A stretch of DNA of 64,000 nucleotides from Candidatus Eiseniibacteriota bacterium (GTDB taxonomy: Bacteria > Eisenbacteria > RBG-16-71-46 > SZUA-252): assembly GCA_963703225.1 (NCBI GenBank), contig OY969801.1, forward strand, positions 1,120,001 to 1,184,000, written 5' to 3'. Below the pieces are notes generated by a model. The model worked only from the letters and a program-made list of their open reading frames with translations. It made no database searches and was not told where the DNA came from. Each line of letters starts with the position of its first letter. Position 1 is the stretch's first letter. The position numbers and the translations under genes were made by a program. Shown piece by piece: positions 27,300 through 38,225 of this stretch.

Positions 27300-30200
27300 A
27301 GCTGAGCGAACTCTCCATCCAGCGCCCCGTCTTCGCGACGGTCGTGAGCATCGCGATCATCCTATTCGGCGTGATCGCGTTCTCGAGGCTGCCCGTGCGC
27401 GAGTACCCGGACATCGATCCGCCGATCGTCTCGGTGACCACGTTCTACCGGGGCGCGAGCCCGAGCGTGATCGAGACCGAGATCACCGACGTGCTCGAGG
27501 AGCAGTTCGCCACGCTCGAGGCGGTCAAGACGATCGATTCTTCGAGCCGGGAGCAGGGCTCCGTCATCACGATCGAGTTCGAGCTGTCGCGGGACGTGGA
27601 GCAGGCCGCGAACGACGTGCGGGACCGGGTGGCGCGCGTGCGCGGCGTCCTCCCCCGCGAAGCGGACGACCCGATCGTCGCCAAGGTGGACGTCAACGCC
27701 CAGCCGATCTTCTGGATCGCGCTCTCGAGCGATCGCCATAACGGCCTCGAGCTGAGCGAAGTCGCCGACGTCGTGCTCAAGGAGCGCCTCCAGCGTCTGC
27801 CCGGAGTGGGCGGGGTCTTCATCGGGGGCGAGCGGCGCTACGCGATGCGGGTCTGGCTGGACGCGCAGCGCATGGCGGGCCGCGGCGTGACGACCCAGGA
27901 CGTGGAGCGCGCCGTGAGCTCCGAGAACGCGGAGATTCCCGGCGGACGCGTCGAGGGACGGGAGCGCGAATTCGCGGTCCGCACGCGCGGTGAGCTGGTC
28001 ACGCCGGAAGAGTTCGCCGCCATTGTCATCGCGCAGCACGGAAACGACCTCGTGCGTCTCGGCGACGTGGCCGAGGTCGAAGTGGGGCCCGAGGACGAGC
28101 GGACCGCGGCTCGCTGGAACGGGCAGCAGGCGGTGGGCCTCGGCGTCGTGAAGCAGAAGAACGCGAGCACGCTCGAGGTGGCCGAGGTGGTGCGGAAGGC
28201 GATTCCGGAGCTCCAGAAGCTCCTGCCGGCCGGCATGAAGCTCGACGTCGCGTACGACTCGTCGACCTTCATCCAGGATTCGATCACCGAGGTCTCGCAC
28301 ACCATCGTCATCGCGATGTGTCTCGTGGTGCTGGTGATTCTGGTTTTCCTGAAGAGCTTCCGGGCGACCTTCATTCCGGCCGTCGCGATCCCGGTCTCCA
28401 TCGTGGGCGCCCTCGCGGTCGCCTACCTCCTCGGCTTCACGATCAACATCCTCACGCTGCTCGCGCTGGTCCTCGCGATCGGGCTGGTGGTCGACGACGC
28501 CATTGTCATGCTCGAAAACGTCTACCGACACATGGAGCTGGGGAAGCCGCGCCTTCGAGCCGCGTTCGACGGGGCCAAGGAAATCGGATTCGCCATTCTC
28601 GCGACCACCATCTCGCTGGTCGCGGTCTTCATTCCGGTGGCGTTTCTCCAGGGCACGGTCGGACGCCTCTTCAACGAGTTCGGGCTCACCGTGGCGGTGG
28701 CGGTTCTGATCTCGGGATTCGTCGCCCTGACGCTCACCCCGATGCTCTGCTCCCGGTTCCTCCAGCCGCTCCACGGGGGGAAGGACTCATGGGCATCGCG
28801 GTCGTTTGACCAATTCTTCGCCTGGCTCAATTCCTTTTACGATCGGCTCCTGCGCGGCGCGATGCGGAGCTCCTGGCGCGTGCTGACCGTCGCCGGGGTT
28901 TTGGTCGTGGTGGCCGCCGTGATGTTCCAGTTCATGCGCCGGGAGCTGGTCCCGACGGAGGATCGCGGCGTCGGCTTTGGCATCGTGATCGCGCCGGAGG
29001 GCTCCACGCTGGAATACACCGACCGCTATATGCGGCAAGTGGAGGCGATCCTCATGCCGCTCCCCGAGCGGCGCGGGCTGTTCACGGCGACCGGTCTGGG
29101 ATTCGGCGGCCCGGGGCGCGTCACCAATGGGTTCCTCTTCCTCAATCTCAAGCCCCACGGCGAGCGGCACCGTTCGGCGCAACAGATCGTCCAGCAGCTC
29201 TTCCCGCAGCTCATGGGAATCCCCGGGGTGCTCGCGTTCGTCATCAACCCGCCCAGCCTGGGCGGCGGGTTCTCCTCGTCGCCCGTCGAGTACGTGCTCC
29301 AGGCGCAGGACTATGAGACGCTCGGCCAGTCGGTGGGAATCTTGATGGGCGAGGCCCAGAAGCTGGGCTATCTGGTCAATCTCGATACCGACCTGAGGCT
29401 CAACAAGCCCCAGCTCGACATCTCGATCGATCGCGACCGCGCGTCGCAGCTCGGCGTCTCGGTGACCGACATCGGCGGCACGCTCGAGACGTTCCTGGGC
29501 GGGAAGGTGATCTCCGATTTCAAGCGGGGAACCAAGCAGTACGACGTCATCGCCCAGCTCCGGCCGACCGCGCGGGCCACGCCCGACGCGATTCAGGAGA
29601 TCTATCTCCGCGGGAAAGGCGGGCTGGTTCAGCTGGCCAACGTCGTGCAGGTCCGGGAGACCGTGGCGCCCAAGGAGTTGAATCACTACAACCGGCAGCG
29701 CTCCGCGACGATCACGGCCAACCTCGTTCCCGGCGTGAGCCTGGGCAAGGCCCTCGACGACCTCGACCACATCACGAGCACCAAGCTCCCCGCGGGGGTG
29801 AAGCGGGAGCTGGGCGGGCAGTCGAAGGAGTTCCGCGAGTCGAGCAACAGCCTCTACCTGCTCTTCCTCCTCGCCGTGGTGTTCATCTACCTGGTGCTCG
29901 CGGCCCAGTTCGAGAGCTTCATCCATCCGCTCACGATTCTGCTCTCGGTGCCCCTGGCCGTCGTCGGGGCGCTCATATCGCTCTTTGTCTTTGGGCAGAG
30001 CATGAACATCTTCTCCCAGATCGGGCTGATCATGCTCATCGGGCTCGTCACCAAGAACTCGATTCTGATCGTGGAGTACGCCAATCAGCTCCGGGCCCGC
30101 GGCCTCGAGACCATGGAGGCGGTCGTGGAGGCTTCCAAGATTCGTCTCCGGCCGATTCTGATGACCTCGTTCGCGACGATCTTCGGCGTGCTGCCGATCG

Positions 30201-30466
30201 CGATCGGCCTGGGAGCCGGCGCCGAATCGCGCCGTCCGCTCGGCATCGCCGTGGTCGGAGGGCTTCTCTTCTCGACCTTCTTGACGCTCCTTCTGGTCCC
30301 GGTTGTCTACCGGATCCTCGCGAGATTCACGCACGTGGAAGCGGTCCCGGCCGAAGCCGCGGCGCAGCCGGCTCCGGGCGCGCCCGGCCCCGACGGCCAC
30401 CCCACGCCGGCACTGCCCGTGGGCGAGCCGGCCGGCGCGTGGGCATCGAGCCGAACGAAGCGCTGA
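27296..30466 (+). CDS. RND efflux permease (AcrB/D/F family)
   Basis: 1056 aa; RPVFA, LPVREYP, GLVVDDAIV, KNSIL, RLRPILMT. Confidence 0.95.
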   Translation: MKLSELSIQRPVFATVVSIAIILFGVIAFSRLPVREYPDIDPPIVSVTTFYRGASPSVIETEITDVLEEQFATLEAVKTIDSSSREQGSVITIEFELSRDVEQAANDVRDRVARVRGVLPREADDPIVAKVDVNAQPIFWIALSSDRHNGLELSEVADVVLKERLQRLPGVGGVFIGGERRYAMRVWLDAQRMAGRGVTTQDVERAVSSENAEIPGGRVEGREREFAVRTRGELVTPEEFAAIVIAQHGNDLVRLGDVAEVEVGPEDERTAARWNGQQAVGLGVVKQKNASTLEVAEVVRKAIPELQKLLPAGMKLDVAYDSSTFIQDSITEVSHTIVIAMCLVVLVILVFLKSFRATFIPAVAIPVSIVGALAVAYLLGFTINILTLLALVLAIGLVVDDAIVMLENVYRHMELGKPRLRAAFDGAKEIGFAILATTISLVAVFIPVAFLQGTVGRLFNEFGLTVAVAVLISGFVALTLTPMLCSRFLQPLHGGKDSWASRSFDQFFAWLNSFYDRLLRGAMRSSWRVLTVAGVLVVVAAVMFQFMRRELVPTEDRGVGFGIVIAPEGSTLEYTDRYMRQVEAILMPLPERRGLFTATGLGFGGPGRVTNGFLFLNLKPHGERHRSAQQIVQQLFPQLMGIPGVLAFVINPPSLGGGFSSSPVEYVLQAQDYETLGQSVGILMGEAQKLGYLVNLDTDLRLNKPQLDISIDRDRASQLGVSVTDIGGTLETFLGGKVISDFKRGTKQYDVIAQLRPTARATPDAIQEIYLRGKGGLVQLANVVQVRETVAPKELNHYNRQRSATITANLVPGVSLGKALDDLDHITSTKLPAGVKRELGGQSKEFRESSNSLYLLFLLAVVFIYLVLAAQFESFIHPLTILLSVPLAVVGALISLFVFGQSMNIFSQIGLIMLIGLVTKNSILIVEYANQLRARGLETMEAVVEASKIRLRPILMTSFATIFGVLPIAIGLGAGAESRRPLGIAVVGGLLFSTFLTLLLVPVVYRILARFTHVEAVPAEAAAQPAPGAPGPDGHPTPALPVGEPAGAWASSRTKR

Positions 30467-30555
30467 AGCCAGGGTCCCGAAAGTCCCTTGCGGGACCGCC
30501 GCTTCTGGGGCAAGATACGCGGCCGTAACCGACCCACGCAGACCCGGGAGATGGG

Positions 30556-31332
30556 ATGGCCACCGCGCTAGAGCATCACTCGCACGATCCGGTCCCGAGC
30601 CGCTGGCCGATTATCGCCGCGTTCGGCATCGGCCTGATTCCGATCGGGCTGGTCGCCAATGCCCACGGATGGAAGGGCGGGTTGGCGATCTTGGCCGTCG
30701 GTCTCGCGATCGGCCTGAGCTCGGCGGGGCGCTGGTGGGGCGAGCTCCTCCGCGACAAATTCTTCGGTCGGGACGCCGTCGAGGCCGATTCTCGGCTCAA
30801 ACGGGCATTCGCGTTCTTCATCGCCTCCGAAGCAGCCATCTTCGCCGCGTTCTTTGCGGCGCTCTTCTACGCGAGGGTCCACGCCAAGGTCTGGCCTCCC
30901 GCGGGGATGCCGCACTTCGAGATCCTCCTTCCCGCGGTGAACACGATCATCCTCCTGAGCAGCAGCGTGACGCTCCACTTGGCCCACCTCGCGCTCGAGC
31001 GAAACCGCAAGGACGGCGTCATCGCCGGTCTCTTGATGACCATATTCCTCGGCGCGCTCTTCCTCTGCGGCCAGGCTTACGAGTACGGATTTCTGAACGG
31101 CTCCGCCTTCAACGTGCGGAGCGGGATCTTCGGGACCACCTTCTTCATGCTGACCGGGTTCCACGGCCTCCACGTGCTGGTCGGAATCATCTTCCTGAAC
31201 GTCGTCTATGGGGCCGCCATCCGAAATCGCTTCACCCCCGAGCAGCACTTTCCGTTCCTCGCGGCCTCCTGGTATTGGCACTTTGTCGACATCGTATGGG
31301 TATGCGTCTTCACCATCGTCTACCTGCTCTAG
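30556..31332 (+). CDS. Heme-copper oxidase subunit III
   Basis: PSRWP, FIASE, NTIILLSSS, TGFHGLHV, WYWHFVDIVW. Confidence 0.92.
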   Translation: MATALEHHSHDPVPSRWPIIAAFGIGLIPIGLVANAHGWKGGLAILAVGLAIGLSSAGRWWGELLRDKFFGRDAVEADSRLKRAFAFFIASEAAIFAAFFAALFYARVHAKVWPPAGMPHFEILLPAVNTIILLSSSVTLHLAHLALERNRKDGVIAGLLMTIFLGALFLCGQAYEYGFLNGSAFNVRSGIFGTTFFMLTGFHGLHVLVGIIFLNVVYGAAIRNRFTPEQHFPFLAASWYWHFVDIVWVCVFTIVYLL

Positions 31333-31754
31333 CGCTCGCCGCCTCCCTCGCCCTCTCGCTGGCGTCATGCCAGACGCTGAGCGGATCCAAGGGGTCGCCG
31401 GAGGACTTCGTGCGGCTGAAAGACGAGCTGAGCGCCGATCGCGGGCGGTTGGGCATGGCCCTCTCCGACAACGCGCTCGATCGGGTGCCCGACATCATGA
31501 AGTCGCTGACGGGACGCTTCGACGAGATCTGGTCGAAATCCTCCGCGATGAACCTTCTGGATCGGGAACACCTTGCCATCCAGCTCGCCTCCGCGCGGAA
31601 GCAGGTCACGTCCATCAATCAGTGGGCCTCCTCGAACGACGCGGACGCCGTGCGGTCCGAAGTGGAGAAGCTGGACGGAATCCTGAGCGAGGTCGACACA
31701 CTCCTCGATCACACCATCCGCGCCACCTCGGCCGATCAACCCTCCGGCTCCTAG
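31302..31754 (+). CDS. Hypothetical helical lipoprotein (start 31296 or 31302)
   Basis: Signal peptide with LAS|C lipobox; amphipathic helical body; start overlaps the end of cox3. Confidence 0.6.
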   Translation: MRLHHRLPALALAASLALSLASCQTLSGSKGSPEDFVRLKDELSADRGRLGMALSDNALDRVPDIMKSLTGRFDEIWSKSSAMNLLDREHLAIQLASARKQVTSINQWASSNDADAVRSEVEKLDGILSEVDTLLDHTIRATSADQPSGS

Positions 31755-31764
31755 GGAGCCACCC

Positions 31765-32475
31765 ATGCCCTCCGAGGACCCCGTCGACGCGCTGATCGAC
31801 GAGGGAGACGACGCCCTCGAAGAAGGCGACGCGACCCGCGCGCTCGAGCGGTTCGAACGGGCCCTGGCCGCCGATCCGGAGCACTGGGGCGCCGCGCTCG
31901 GGCGGATCGAGAGCCTCCATCTTCTCTGGCGCACCGACGAGGCGCTGAAGGCCGTCCGCGGTCTTCTGCCCGCGGAAGCCGAGGAGGACGATCCGGAGCG
32001 CGCCGAGCTGGAGGCCCGCATTCTCGAGGCCCGCGGCGAATTTGAATCCGCCGACCGCCTCTTCGCGCTCGCCCACGACCTCGAGGCGAAGGAATTTCCT
32101 CTGCCGATCCGCACGACCGAGGAGGATTTCCGCGCGATTCTCGATAAGGTGCTCGAATCGCTCCCCGACGTGATCCGCGGCGCGGTGGCCGAGGTCCCCG
32201 TCCTCGTGGAAGCCAAGCCGAAGCGCGCGATCGCGGATCGGGCACCGCACATCACCCCCGAGGTGTTGGGGCTCTTCGTGGGCACGGCGCTCGGGGAGAA
32301 GGTGGTCGCGCTCTCGGGCTATCCCAACGTCGTGATTCTCTTCCAGCGAAATCTGGAGCGGGCGGGCCGCTCCCGGACCGAAGTGGCCAAGGAAATCAAG
32401 ATCACGCTGCTGCACGAGTACGGACACTACTTGGGATTCGACGAAGAGGAGCTGGAGCACCTGGGGTTGGGATGA
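31765..32475 (+). CDS. TPR repeat plus minimal zincin-like metallopeptidase
   Basis: N-terminal TPR-like helices; LGLFVG, LFQRNL, TLLHEYGHYLG (HExxH). Confidence 0.8.
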   Translation: MPSEDPVDALIDEGDDALEEGDATRALERFERALAADPEHWGAALGRIESLHLLWRTDEALKAVRGLLPAEAEEDDPERAELEARILEARGEFESADRLFALAHDLEAKEFPLPIRTTEEDFRAILDKVLESLPDVIRGAVAEVPVLVEAKPKRAIADRAPHITPEVLGLFVGTALGEKVVALSGYPNVVILFQRNLERAGRSRTEVAKEIKITLLHEYGHYLGFDEEELEHLGLG

Positions 32476-32485
32476 CAGGGAGAGC

Positions 32486-33754
32486 ATGAAGAAAATCGCG
32501 GTGGTAGGCGGAGGTCCCATCGGGATCGAGGCGGCGCTCGAGGCCAAGCGGCGGGGCTTCGACGTGGCGCTCTACGAGGCCCATCGGGTCGGCGGGCATC
32601 TCCTTCGCTTCGGCCACGTGGTCCTCTTCACGCCGTTTCGCATGAGCTCGACCGAAGCGGGGAGAACGCGGCTTCGAGAGGCGGGGGTCGCGCTGCCCGC
32701 CGACGAGGCGCTCTTGTCCGCGTCCCTTCTCGTGGAGAAATACCTGGCGCCGATCGCGCGTCTGCCCGAGCTGCGCGGGTCGATCTTCGAGGGCGCCCGG
32801 GTGACCGGGATCGCGCGCGAGGGGCTCACGAAGCCGCGCGGCGTCGCCGCGGCCGGCGACCTGAGCCGCGAGGGTAGGGCGTTCCTCCTCCGCGTCGAGG
32901 AGCTGGATGGGAGCGTGCGATTCGATCGCGCCGACTTCGTGTTGGACGCCACCGGCGTCTACGCCACGCCGAACGCGACCGGGTTCGGCGGGCTTCCCGC
33001 GGCGGGAGAGGAGCGGCTCGGAGGCCGGGCCGAGCGGCACATTCCCGACCTCGTGGGCGGGGCGCGGGAACGGTACGAGGGGCGCAGGATTCTGTTGATC
33101 GGGGACGGGCACTCCGCCGCCACGGCGCTCGCCGGGCTGGACGAGCTATCGCGCGCGCGCGGCTCGGGGGGAGGCTTCGCGGTTGACTGGGTGCATCGCG
33201 ACCGCGGCAAGGAGGGCGTCTACGCCGAGCTCCGGGATGACGCGCTCCCGGCCCGGCGGGAGTTGGCGGCGCGCGCGAACACGATCGCGCGCACCGCGGC
33301 GTGGCTCACCCGCCACCCGGGCGCGTCCATCGTGTCCTACGGAGCCGGGCCGGCGGGCCGCATCCGCGCCGCGCTCGCCATGCCCTCGGGCGAGGAGCGC
33401 GCGGTCGACGTGGATCGGGTGCTGGCGCTGGTTGGATACCGGCCCGACACCGAGATCTACCGGGAGCTCCAGATCCACCTCTGCTACGCCTCGGAGGCTC
33501 CGATGAACCTGGCCGCTGCCCTCCTCACCGCGGGCATGGCCGCTCCCGAGAAGGTCGCCGATTGTCTCTCTCAGGTCTCCCACGGGGCGGAATCGCTTCG
33601 GTCTCCTGAGCCCGGCTTCTTCATCCTGGGCGCCAAGAGCTACGGCAGGAACCCAGCGTTCCTTCTCACGATCGGACATCAGCAGATCGTTGACGCCTGC
33701 CAGCTCATGGGTGAGCCGTCTCTCCAAATCGCCGTTCCATCGAGCGTATCGTAG
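32486..33754 (+). CDS. FAD/NAD(P)-dependent oxidoreductase (flavin monooxygenase-like)
   Basis: GGGPIG, DATG, GDGHSA, LVGYRP, LQIHLCYA, GAKSYGR. Confidence 0.8.
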   Translation: MKKIAVVGGGPIGIEAALEAKRRGFDVALYEAHRVGGHLLRFGHVVLFTPFRMSSTEAGRTRLREAGVALPADEALLSASLLVEKYLAPIARLPELRGSIFEGARVTGIAREGLTKPRGVAAAGDLSREGRAFLLRVEELDGSVRFDRADFVLDATGVYATPNATGFGGLPAAGEERLGGRAERHIPDLVGGARERYEGRRILLIGDGHSAATALAGLDELSRARGSGGGFAVDWVHRDRGKEGVYAELRDDALPARRELAARANTIARTAAWLTRHPGASIVSYGAGPAGRIRAALAMPSGEERAVDVDRVLALVGYRPDTEIYRELQIHLCYASEAPMNLAAALLTAGMAAPEKVADCLSQVSHGAESLRSPEPGFFILGAKSYGRNPAFLLTIGHQQIVDACQLMGEPSLQIAVPSSVS

Positions 33755-35552
33755 GCGCGTAGTCGGGCCACCGTTTCAGGACCTCGGTCCAAACCTGCCT
33801 CGCGGAATCGGGCTGCCCGGCCTCGTAGAGCGCCACCCCCAGGCTCTGGCGGTAGTCCGGACGGTCCCCTTCCATCTCGATCGCCGATCGGAATTGGACC
33901 AAGGCTTCGGCGTATCGCCCGGTCCTCGCGTAGCAGAGGCCGAGGTTGTAACGCGCCCCGGAGCGCGTGACCCCCCGGCGAAGCGCCTCCTCGAGCTTGG
34001 CGATGGCCTCCCCGTAGTTACCCTCGTTGTAGAGGATCGTGCCGGCCCTCATCCAATAGCGCGCGTTCGTCGGCTCGGCGTCGATCGCGGCCTCGGCGAA
34101 CCGCAGCGCCGAGGGGAGATCCCCTCGATCCTCGAAGAATTCGGAGAGCGTGCTGTTTCCGTAGCCTCTGCCATAGGGGGTGATGCGCGAGCCGGGCGCG
34201 AGGAGCGTCTCGTATCGGGCGACCCCCGCCGCCTGGTTGGCGTTCACCAGCACGAACGCGAAGAGCGACGAGGCGGAGAGAACGATCAGCGCGGCCCCGA
34301 CAAGCGGCGCCCGACAGAGAAACCGCGCCGCGACGATTCCGGCGATCCCAAGCGGGAGGAGGAGGACCGCGGTGAGGTCCCAGTCCTGCGCGGGCGCGAC
34401 CGGCAGCGAGAGGGCGGCCGCCGGAATCAGCCCACAGACGGCCGCCGTGGCGAGGACCAGCGTGGGCTCGGAGCGGGGCCAAATGCGGCCTCGTTCCGCG
34501 ACGGTCAAGGAGAGCAGCAGGAGCGCCGGGACCGGTATCGCGAGAAGGACCGCGTTCGCGACGTCGGACGCGTGGTCGAGCGATGCCCAAGGGTAGGGTC
34601 GGTTGAGGTGGTCTCCCCCGTGGGCGGAAAAGAATCCCTGCGCGGCCGTGCGAAACGGGACGAGCCAATCGGACGGCGTCGTTCCCACGGCCAGAAGGAG
34701 CAAGGGCGCCGCGGCCAGGGGGATCGCGAGGAGCGCGAGCCGCCGGGTCCACGGCGCGTCCGTTCGGGCCAAGGCCAGGACATAGGACGGAAGGAGGAAG
34801 AGCGTCATGATGTGGGTCGCGATGGCGACGGCCAACGCGATGCCGCAGAGCCAGGGTGGGTCGGCGCCGCGCGCGCATCGCAGCGCGAGCCAGAGGTAGG
34901 CCAGGATGGCGACGCAAACGACCGGGTAGCTCTCGATGTAGCCGAAGTAAAGCTGTGAAGCGCCGAGGGTGATCACGAGGATCCAGGCCACGCGTCGAAC
35001 GACGTGATCCTGGACGACCTCTCGAACGATCTGCCGCGCGATGATGGCCGCGACAACGCCGCAGGCGACGGGGAGGAGCCCGAGCGACTCCGCCCCCACG
35101 GGCCGCCCCATCACGTGCATGAAGTTCGCGAACGCCCGCCAAACGGCCGTGGCCAGGGGCTCTCCGAATGGCTTGGCCTCGCCGCCCGTGAGCTGGTTCA
35201 GCCAGACGATTCCGTCGCCGAGGAAGTGGGTCTTGCTCCGGAGCGCGAGAAGGAGCACGCCGTAGACGCACAGGATGCCGATCCATGCCCGCGACGAGCG
35301 CCGCCTGCGCGCGCCCGTCTTCGATCGCTGCCCGGACGGATGCCCGTGCATTGGGGCGCCGTCCGGAGCGGGCCGAACCAGCGCGAGCCAGAGCATCACC
35401 GCCGCCGCGAAGGGGACGGCGATCAACCCGGCGCGCGGGACGGGCGGGAGGAAGCCGGGAAGGTGGAGTCCCCAGGCGCGAGGGCCGGGGTGGATTGACG
35501 CCGCGAGCACTCCCACCGCGTAGCCCGTCGCGCCCAGGGCGAGCGCGACCAA
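33705..35552 (-). CDS. Multi-TM membrane protein with C-terminal TPRs (possible GT-C glycosyltransferase)
   Basis: More than 10 hydrophobic segments; loop motifs FLGDG, YFGYIESY, QDWDL; C-terminal TPRs (ARYNLGLCY). Start uncertain. Confidence 0.65.
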   Translation of the reverse strand: MVALALGATGYAVGVLAASIHPGPRAWGLHLPGFLPPVPRAGLIAVPFAAAVMLWLALVRPAPDGAPMHGHPSGQRSKTGARRRRSSRAWIGILCVYGVLLLALRSKTHFLGDGIVWLNQLTGGEAKPFGEPLATAVWRAFANFMHVMGRPVGAESLGLLPVACGVVAAIIARQIVREVVQDHVVRRVAWILVITLGASQLYFGYIESYPVVCVAILAYLWLALRCARGADPPWLCGIALAVAIATHIMTLFLLPSYVLALARTDAPWTRRLALLAIPLAAAPLLLLAVGTTPSDWLVPFRTAAQGFFSAHGGDHLNRPYPWASLDHASDVANAVLLAIPVPALLLLSLTVAERGRIWPRSEPTLVLATAAVCGLIPAAALSLPVAPAQDWDLTAVLLLPLGIAGIVAARFLCRAPLVGAALIVLSASSLFAFVLVNANQAAGVARYETLLAPGSRITPYGRGYGNSTLSEFFEDRGDLPSALRFAEAAIDAEPTNARYWMRAGTILYNEGNYGEAIAKLEEALRRGVTRSGARYNLGLCYARTGRYAEALVQFRSAIEMEGDRPDYRQSLGVALYEAGQPDSARQVWTEVLKRWPDYAPTIRSMERRFGETAHP

Positions 35553-35702
35553 GGCGCGGCGCTGGGTTGGGGCGTGGTAAGGGTCGATCAGGATCCCTCC
35601 GCCCGATTTGACTCGATGACCGCCCGGATCGCGGGGGAGCAGGCGGGCATTATATCAGGGCCTTGCCCTCGGGAGCGGGAAGGACCGTCATTTCTTTCCC
35701 AG

Positions 35703-35730
35703 TTGCGCCCCCCGAGGCGGGGCGTACAAT
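35703..35730 (+). promoter_or_regulatory. Putative sigma70 promoter of the gdh-hppD operon
   Basis: TTGCGC-16bp-TACAAT. Confidence 0.4.
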
Positions 35731-35811
35731 CACTCCGACCTGACCGCAAGTTCGCGCCCTGCCGCTCTGAAGCCGGCAGGGCGCCGTTTCGCCAGCCAAA
35801 CAGGGGGTTCC

Positions 35812-37074
35812 ATGCTCGTGGTGGCCGAGGCAGTCCGAAATCCGTTTGAAATCGCGCAGCGGCAATTCGACATCGCCGCCGACGCGCTCGAGCTCGAGGA
35901 AGGCATCCGGTTGAAGCTCCGGGTCCCCCGGCGCTGCCTCATCGTGTCGGTCCCTTTCGAGATGGACGACGGCAGCTGGCGCGTGGTCCAGGGCTACCGC
36001 GTGCAGCACGACGTCTCGCGCGGGCCGGCCAAGGGTGGCATCCGGTTCCACCCTCAGGTGACGCTCGACGAGGTCAAGGCGCTCGCGGCGTGGATGACCT
36101 GGAAGTGCGCGGTGGTGAATCTTCCGTACGGCGGCGCCAAGGGCGGGATCGAGGTCGACCCCAAGGTCCTCTCGCTCCACGAGCTGGAGCGGATGACCCG
36201 CCGCTACACGAATGAAATCGCGATCATCATCGGTCCCGAGAAGGACATTCCAGCTCCCGACGTCTACACCGACGCGCAGGTCATGGCGTGGATCATGGAC
36301 ACGTTCACCATGCGGCAGGGCTTCGCCTCGCCCGGTGTCGTGACCGGAAAGCCGATCATGCTCGGCGGCTCGCTCGGGCGCAGGGAAGCGACGGCGCGCG
36401 GCTGCACGGTGACGATCGAGGAGGCGTGCAAGCACCTTGGGCTCAAGCTCCCCGGGCTCACGGTGGCGATCCAGGGCTACGGAAACGCCGGCTCCATCGC
36501 GCACGATCTGCTCCATGCGCGCGGCGCCAAGGTCGTGGCCGTCAGCGACTCGCGCGGGGGAATCCAGAGCGCGAGTGGTCTCGACCCCGCGGCGGTGCAG
36601 GCGCACAAGAAGGAGGCGGGGAGCGTCGCCGGGATGCGCGGGACCGACCGGCTCACGAACAAGGAGCTGCTGGAGCTCAAGGTCGACATCCTGATCCCCG
36701 CGGCCCTCGAGAACCAGATCAACGAGGAGAACGCCCCCAAGATTCGCCCCAAGATTTTGGCCGAGGCCGCCAACGGGCCGACGACCCCCGAAGCCGATCC
36801 GATCCTCCACGAAAACGGCGTCTTCCTGGTACCCGACATTTTGGCGAACGCCGGCGGCGTCACGGTTTCCTACTTTGAGTGGGTCCAGGACCTCGCCAAC
36901 TATTTCTGGAGCGAGGATGAGGTCAACCAGAAACTCGAGACCATCATGCGCCGCTCGTTCAAGGACGTGGTGAGCTTGATGCAGAAGCACCGAGTGCCGA
37001 TGCGGACCGCGGCCTACATGCTCGGCGTCGGGCGCGTCGCGGAAGCGACCCGGCTCCGGGGGCTCTACGGATGA
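35812..37074 (+). CDS. gdhA: Glutamate dehydrogenase (Glu/Leu/Phe/Val family)
   Basis: [57 protein letters not shown]. Confidence 0.92.
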   Translation: MLVVAEAVRNPFEIAQRQFDIAADALELEEGIRLKLRVPRRCLIVSVPFEMDDGSWRVVQGYRVQHDVSRGPAKGGIRFHPQVTLDEVKALAAWMTWKCAVVNLPYGGAKGGIEVDPKVLSLHELERMTRRYTNEIAIIIGPEKDIPAPDVYTDAQVMAWIMDTFTMRQGFASPGVVTGKPIMLGGSLGRREATARGCTVTIEEACKHLGLKLPGLTVAIQGYGNAGSIAHDLLHARGAKVVAVSDSRGGIQSASGLDPAAVQAHKKEAGSVAGMRGTDRLTNKELLELKVDILIPAALENQINEENAPKIRPKILAEAANGPTTPEADPILHENGVFLVPDILANAGGVTVSYFEWVQDLANYFWSEDEVNQKLETIMRRSFKDVVSLMQKHRVPMRTAAYMLGVGRVAEATRLRGLYG

Positions 37075-38219
37075 AAGCGACCAAGGGCGCGACCAGGGGC
37101 GAAGCGACGAGTCCCAAGGCGAGCGCCGCCGCGCCGGACGATTTCTTGAAGATCCGGGGGACGGACCACCTCGAGTTCTACGTCGGGAACGCGAAGCAGG
37201 CGGCCTACTACTACGCCCACGCGTTTGGGTTTGCCGTGGTGGCGTACGGCGGCCTGGAGACCGGCCAGCGGGACCGCGCGTCCTTTGTGCTCCAGCAGGG
37301 AAAGGTGAGGCTGGTCCTCACCGCCCCGCTTGGCCCGGACGGACCGATCGCCGACCACGTCCACCGGCACGGGGACGGAGTCAAGGACATCGCGCTCGAG
37401 GTCGAGGACGTCGACCGGGCGTGGGAGGGGACGACCAAGCGGGGCGCCCGCTCGATCGAGGAGCCCCACGACGTGAAGGACGAGCACGGCACGATACGCC
37501 GGGCGGCGATCGCCACCTACGGCGATACGATCCACTCCTTCGTCGACCGCTCCAAGTACAAAGGCGCCTTCATGCCCGGCTATCGCGGCACCGGCGCCAA
37601 GCCTGAGCCCGGCCCCCTCCTCCACATCGATCACGTGGTGGGGAACGTTCCGTTGGGGGACATGAACCGTTTCGTCGCCTACTACCGGGACGTCATGGGG
37701 TTCACCCAGTACCAGCATTTCGACGACAAAGACATCTCCACCGAGTACTCCGCGCTGATGTCCAAGGTGATGGCGGACGGATCGGGCCGGATCAAGTTCC
37801 CGATCAACGAGCCGGCGGAGGGGAAGCGCAAGTCCCAGATCGAGGAGTACCTCGAGTACTACCGCGGCCCCGGCGTCCAGCACGTCGCGCTTGCCACGGC
37901 GGACATCATCCACACGGTGGCGCGGCTTCGGGACAGCGGGGTCTCGTTTCTCACGGTCCCGCCCGCTTACTACGAGGTGCTTCCGAACCGGGTGGGCACG
38001 ATCGACGAGAATATCGACACCCTCGCCGGTCTCGGCATTCTGGTGGACCGGGACGAGGAGGGCTATCTCCTCCAGCTCTTCACCAAGCCCGTGGAAGACC
38101 GGCCGACGGTGTTCTACGAGATCATTCAGCGAAAGGGGAGCCGCGGTTTCGGCAAGGGGAACTTCAAGGCTCTCTTCGAGGCGATCGAGCGGGAGCAGTC
38201 GCTCCGGGGCAACCTCTAG
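37071..38219 (+). CDS. hppD: 4-hydroxyphenylpyruvate dioxygenase
   Basis: [40 protein letters not shown]. Confidence 0.97.
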   Translation: MKATKGATRGEATSPKASAAAPDDFLKIRGTDHLEFYVGNAKQAAYYYAHAFGFAVVAYGGLETGQRDRASFVLQQGKVRLVLTAPLGPDGPIADHVHRHGDGVKDIALEVEDVDRAWEGTTKRGARSIEEPHDVKDEHGTIRRAAIATYGDTIHSFVDRSKYKGAFMPGYRGTGAKPEPGPLLHIDHVVGNVPLGDMNRFVAYYRDVMGFTQYQHFDDKDISTEYSALMSKVMADGSGRIKFPINEPAEGKRKSQIEEYLEYYRGPGVQHVALATADIIHTVARLRDSGVSFLTVPPAYYEVLPNRVGTIDENIDTLAGLGILVDRDEEGYLLQLFTKPVEDRPTVFYEIIQRKGSRGFGKGNFKALFEAIEREQSLRGNL

Positions 38220-38225
38220 CGACCC

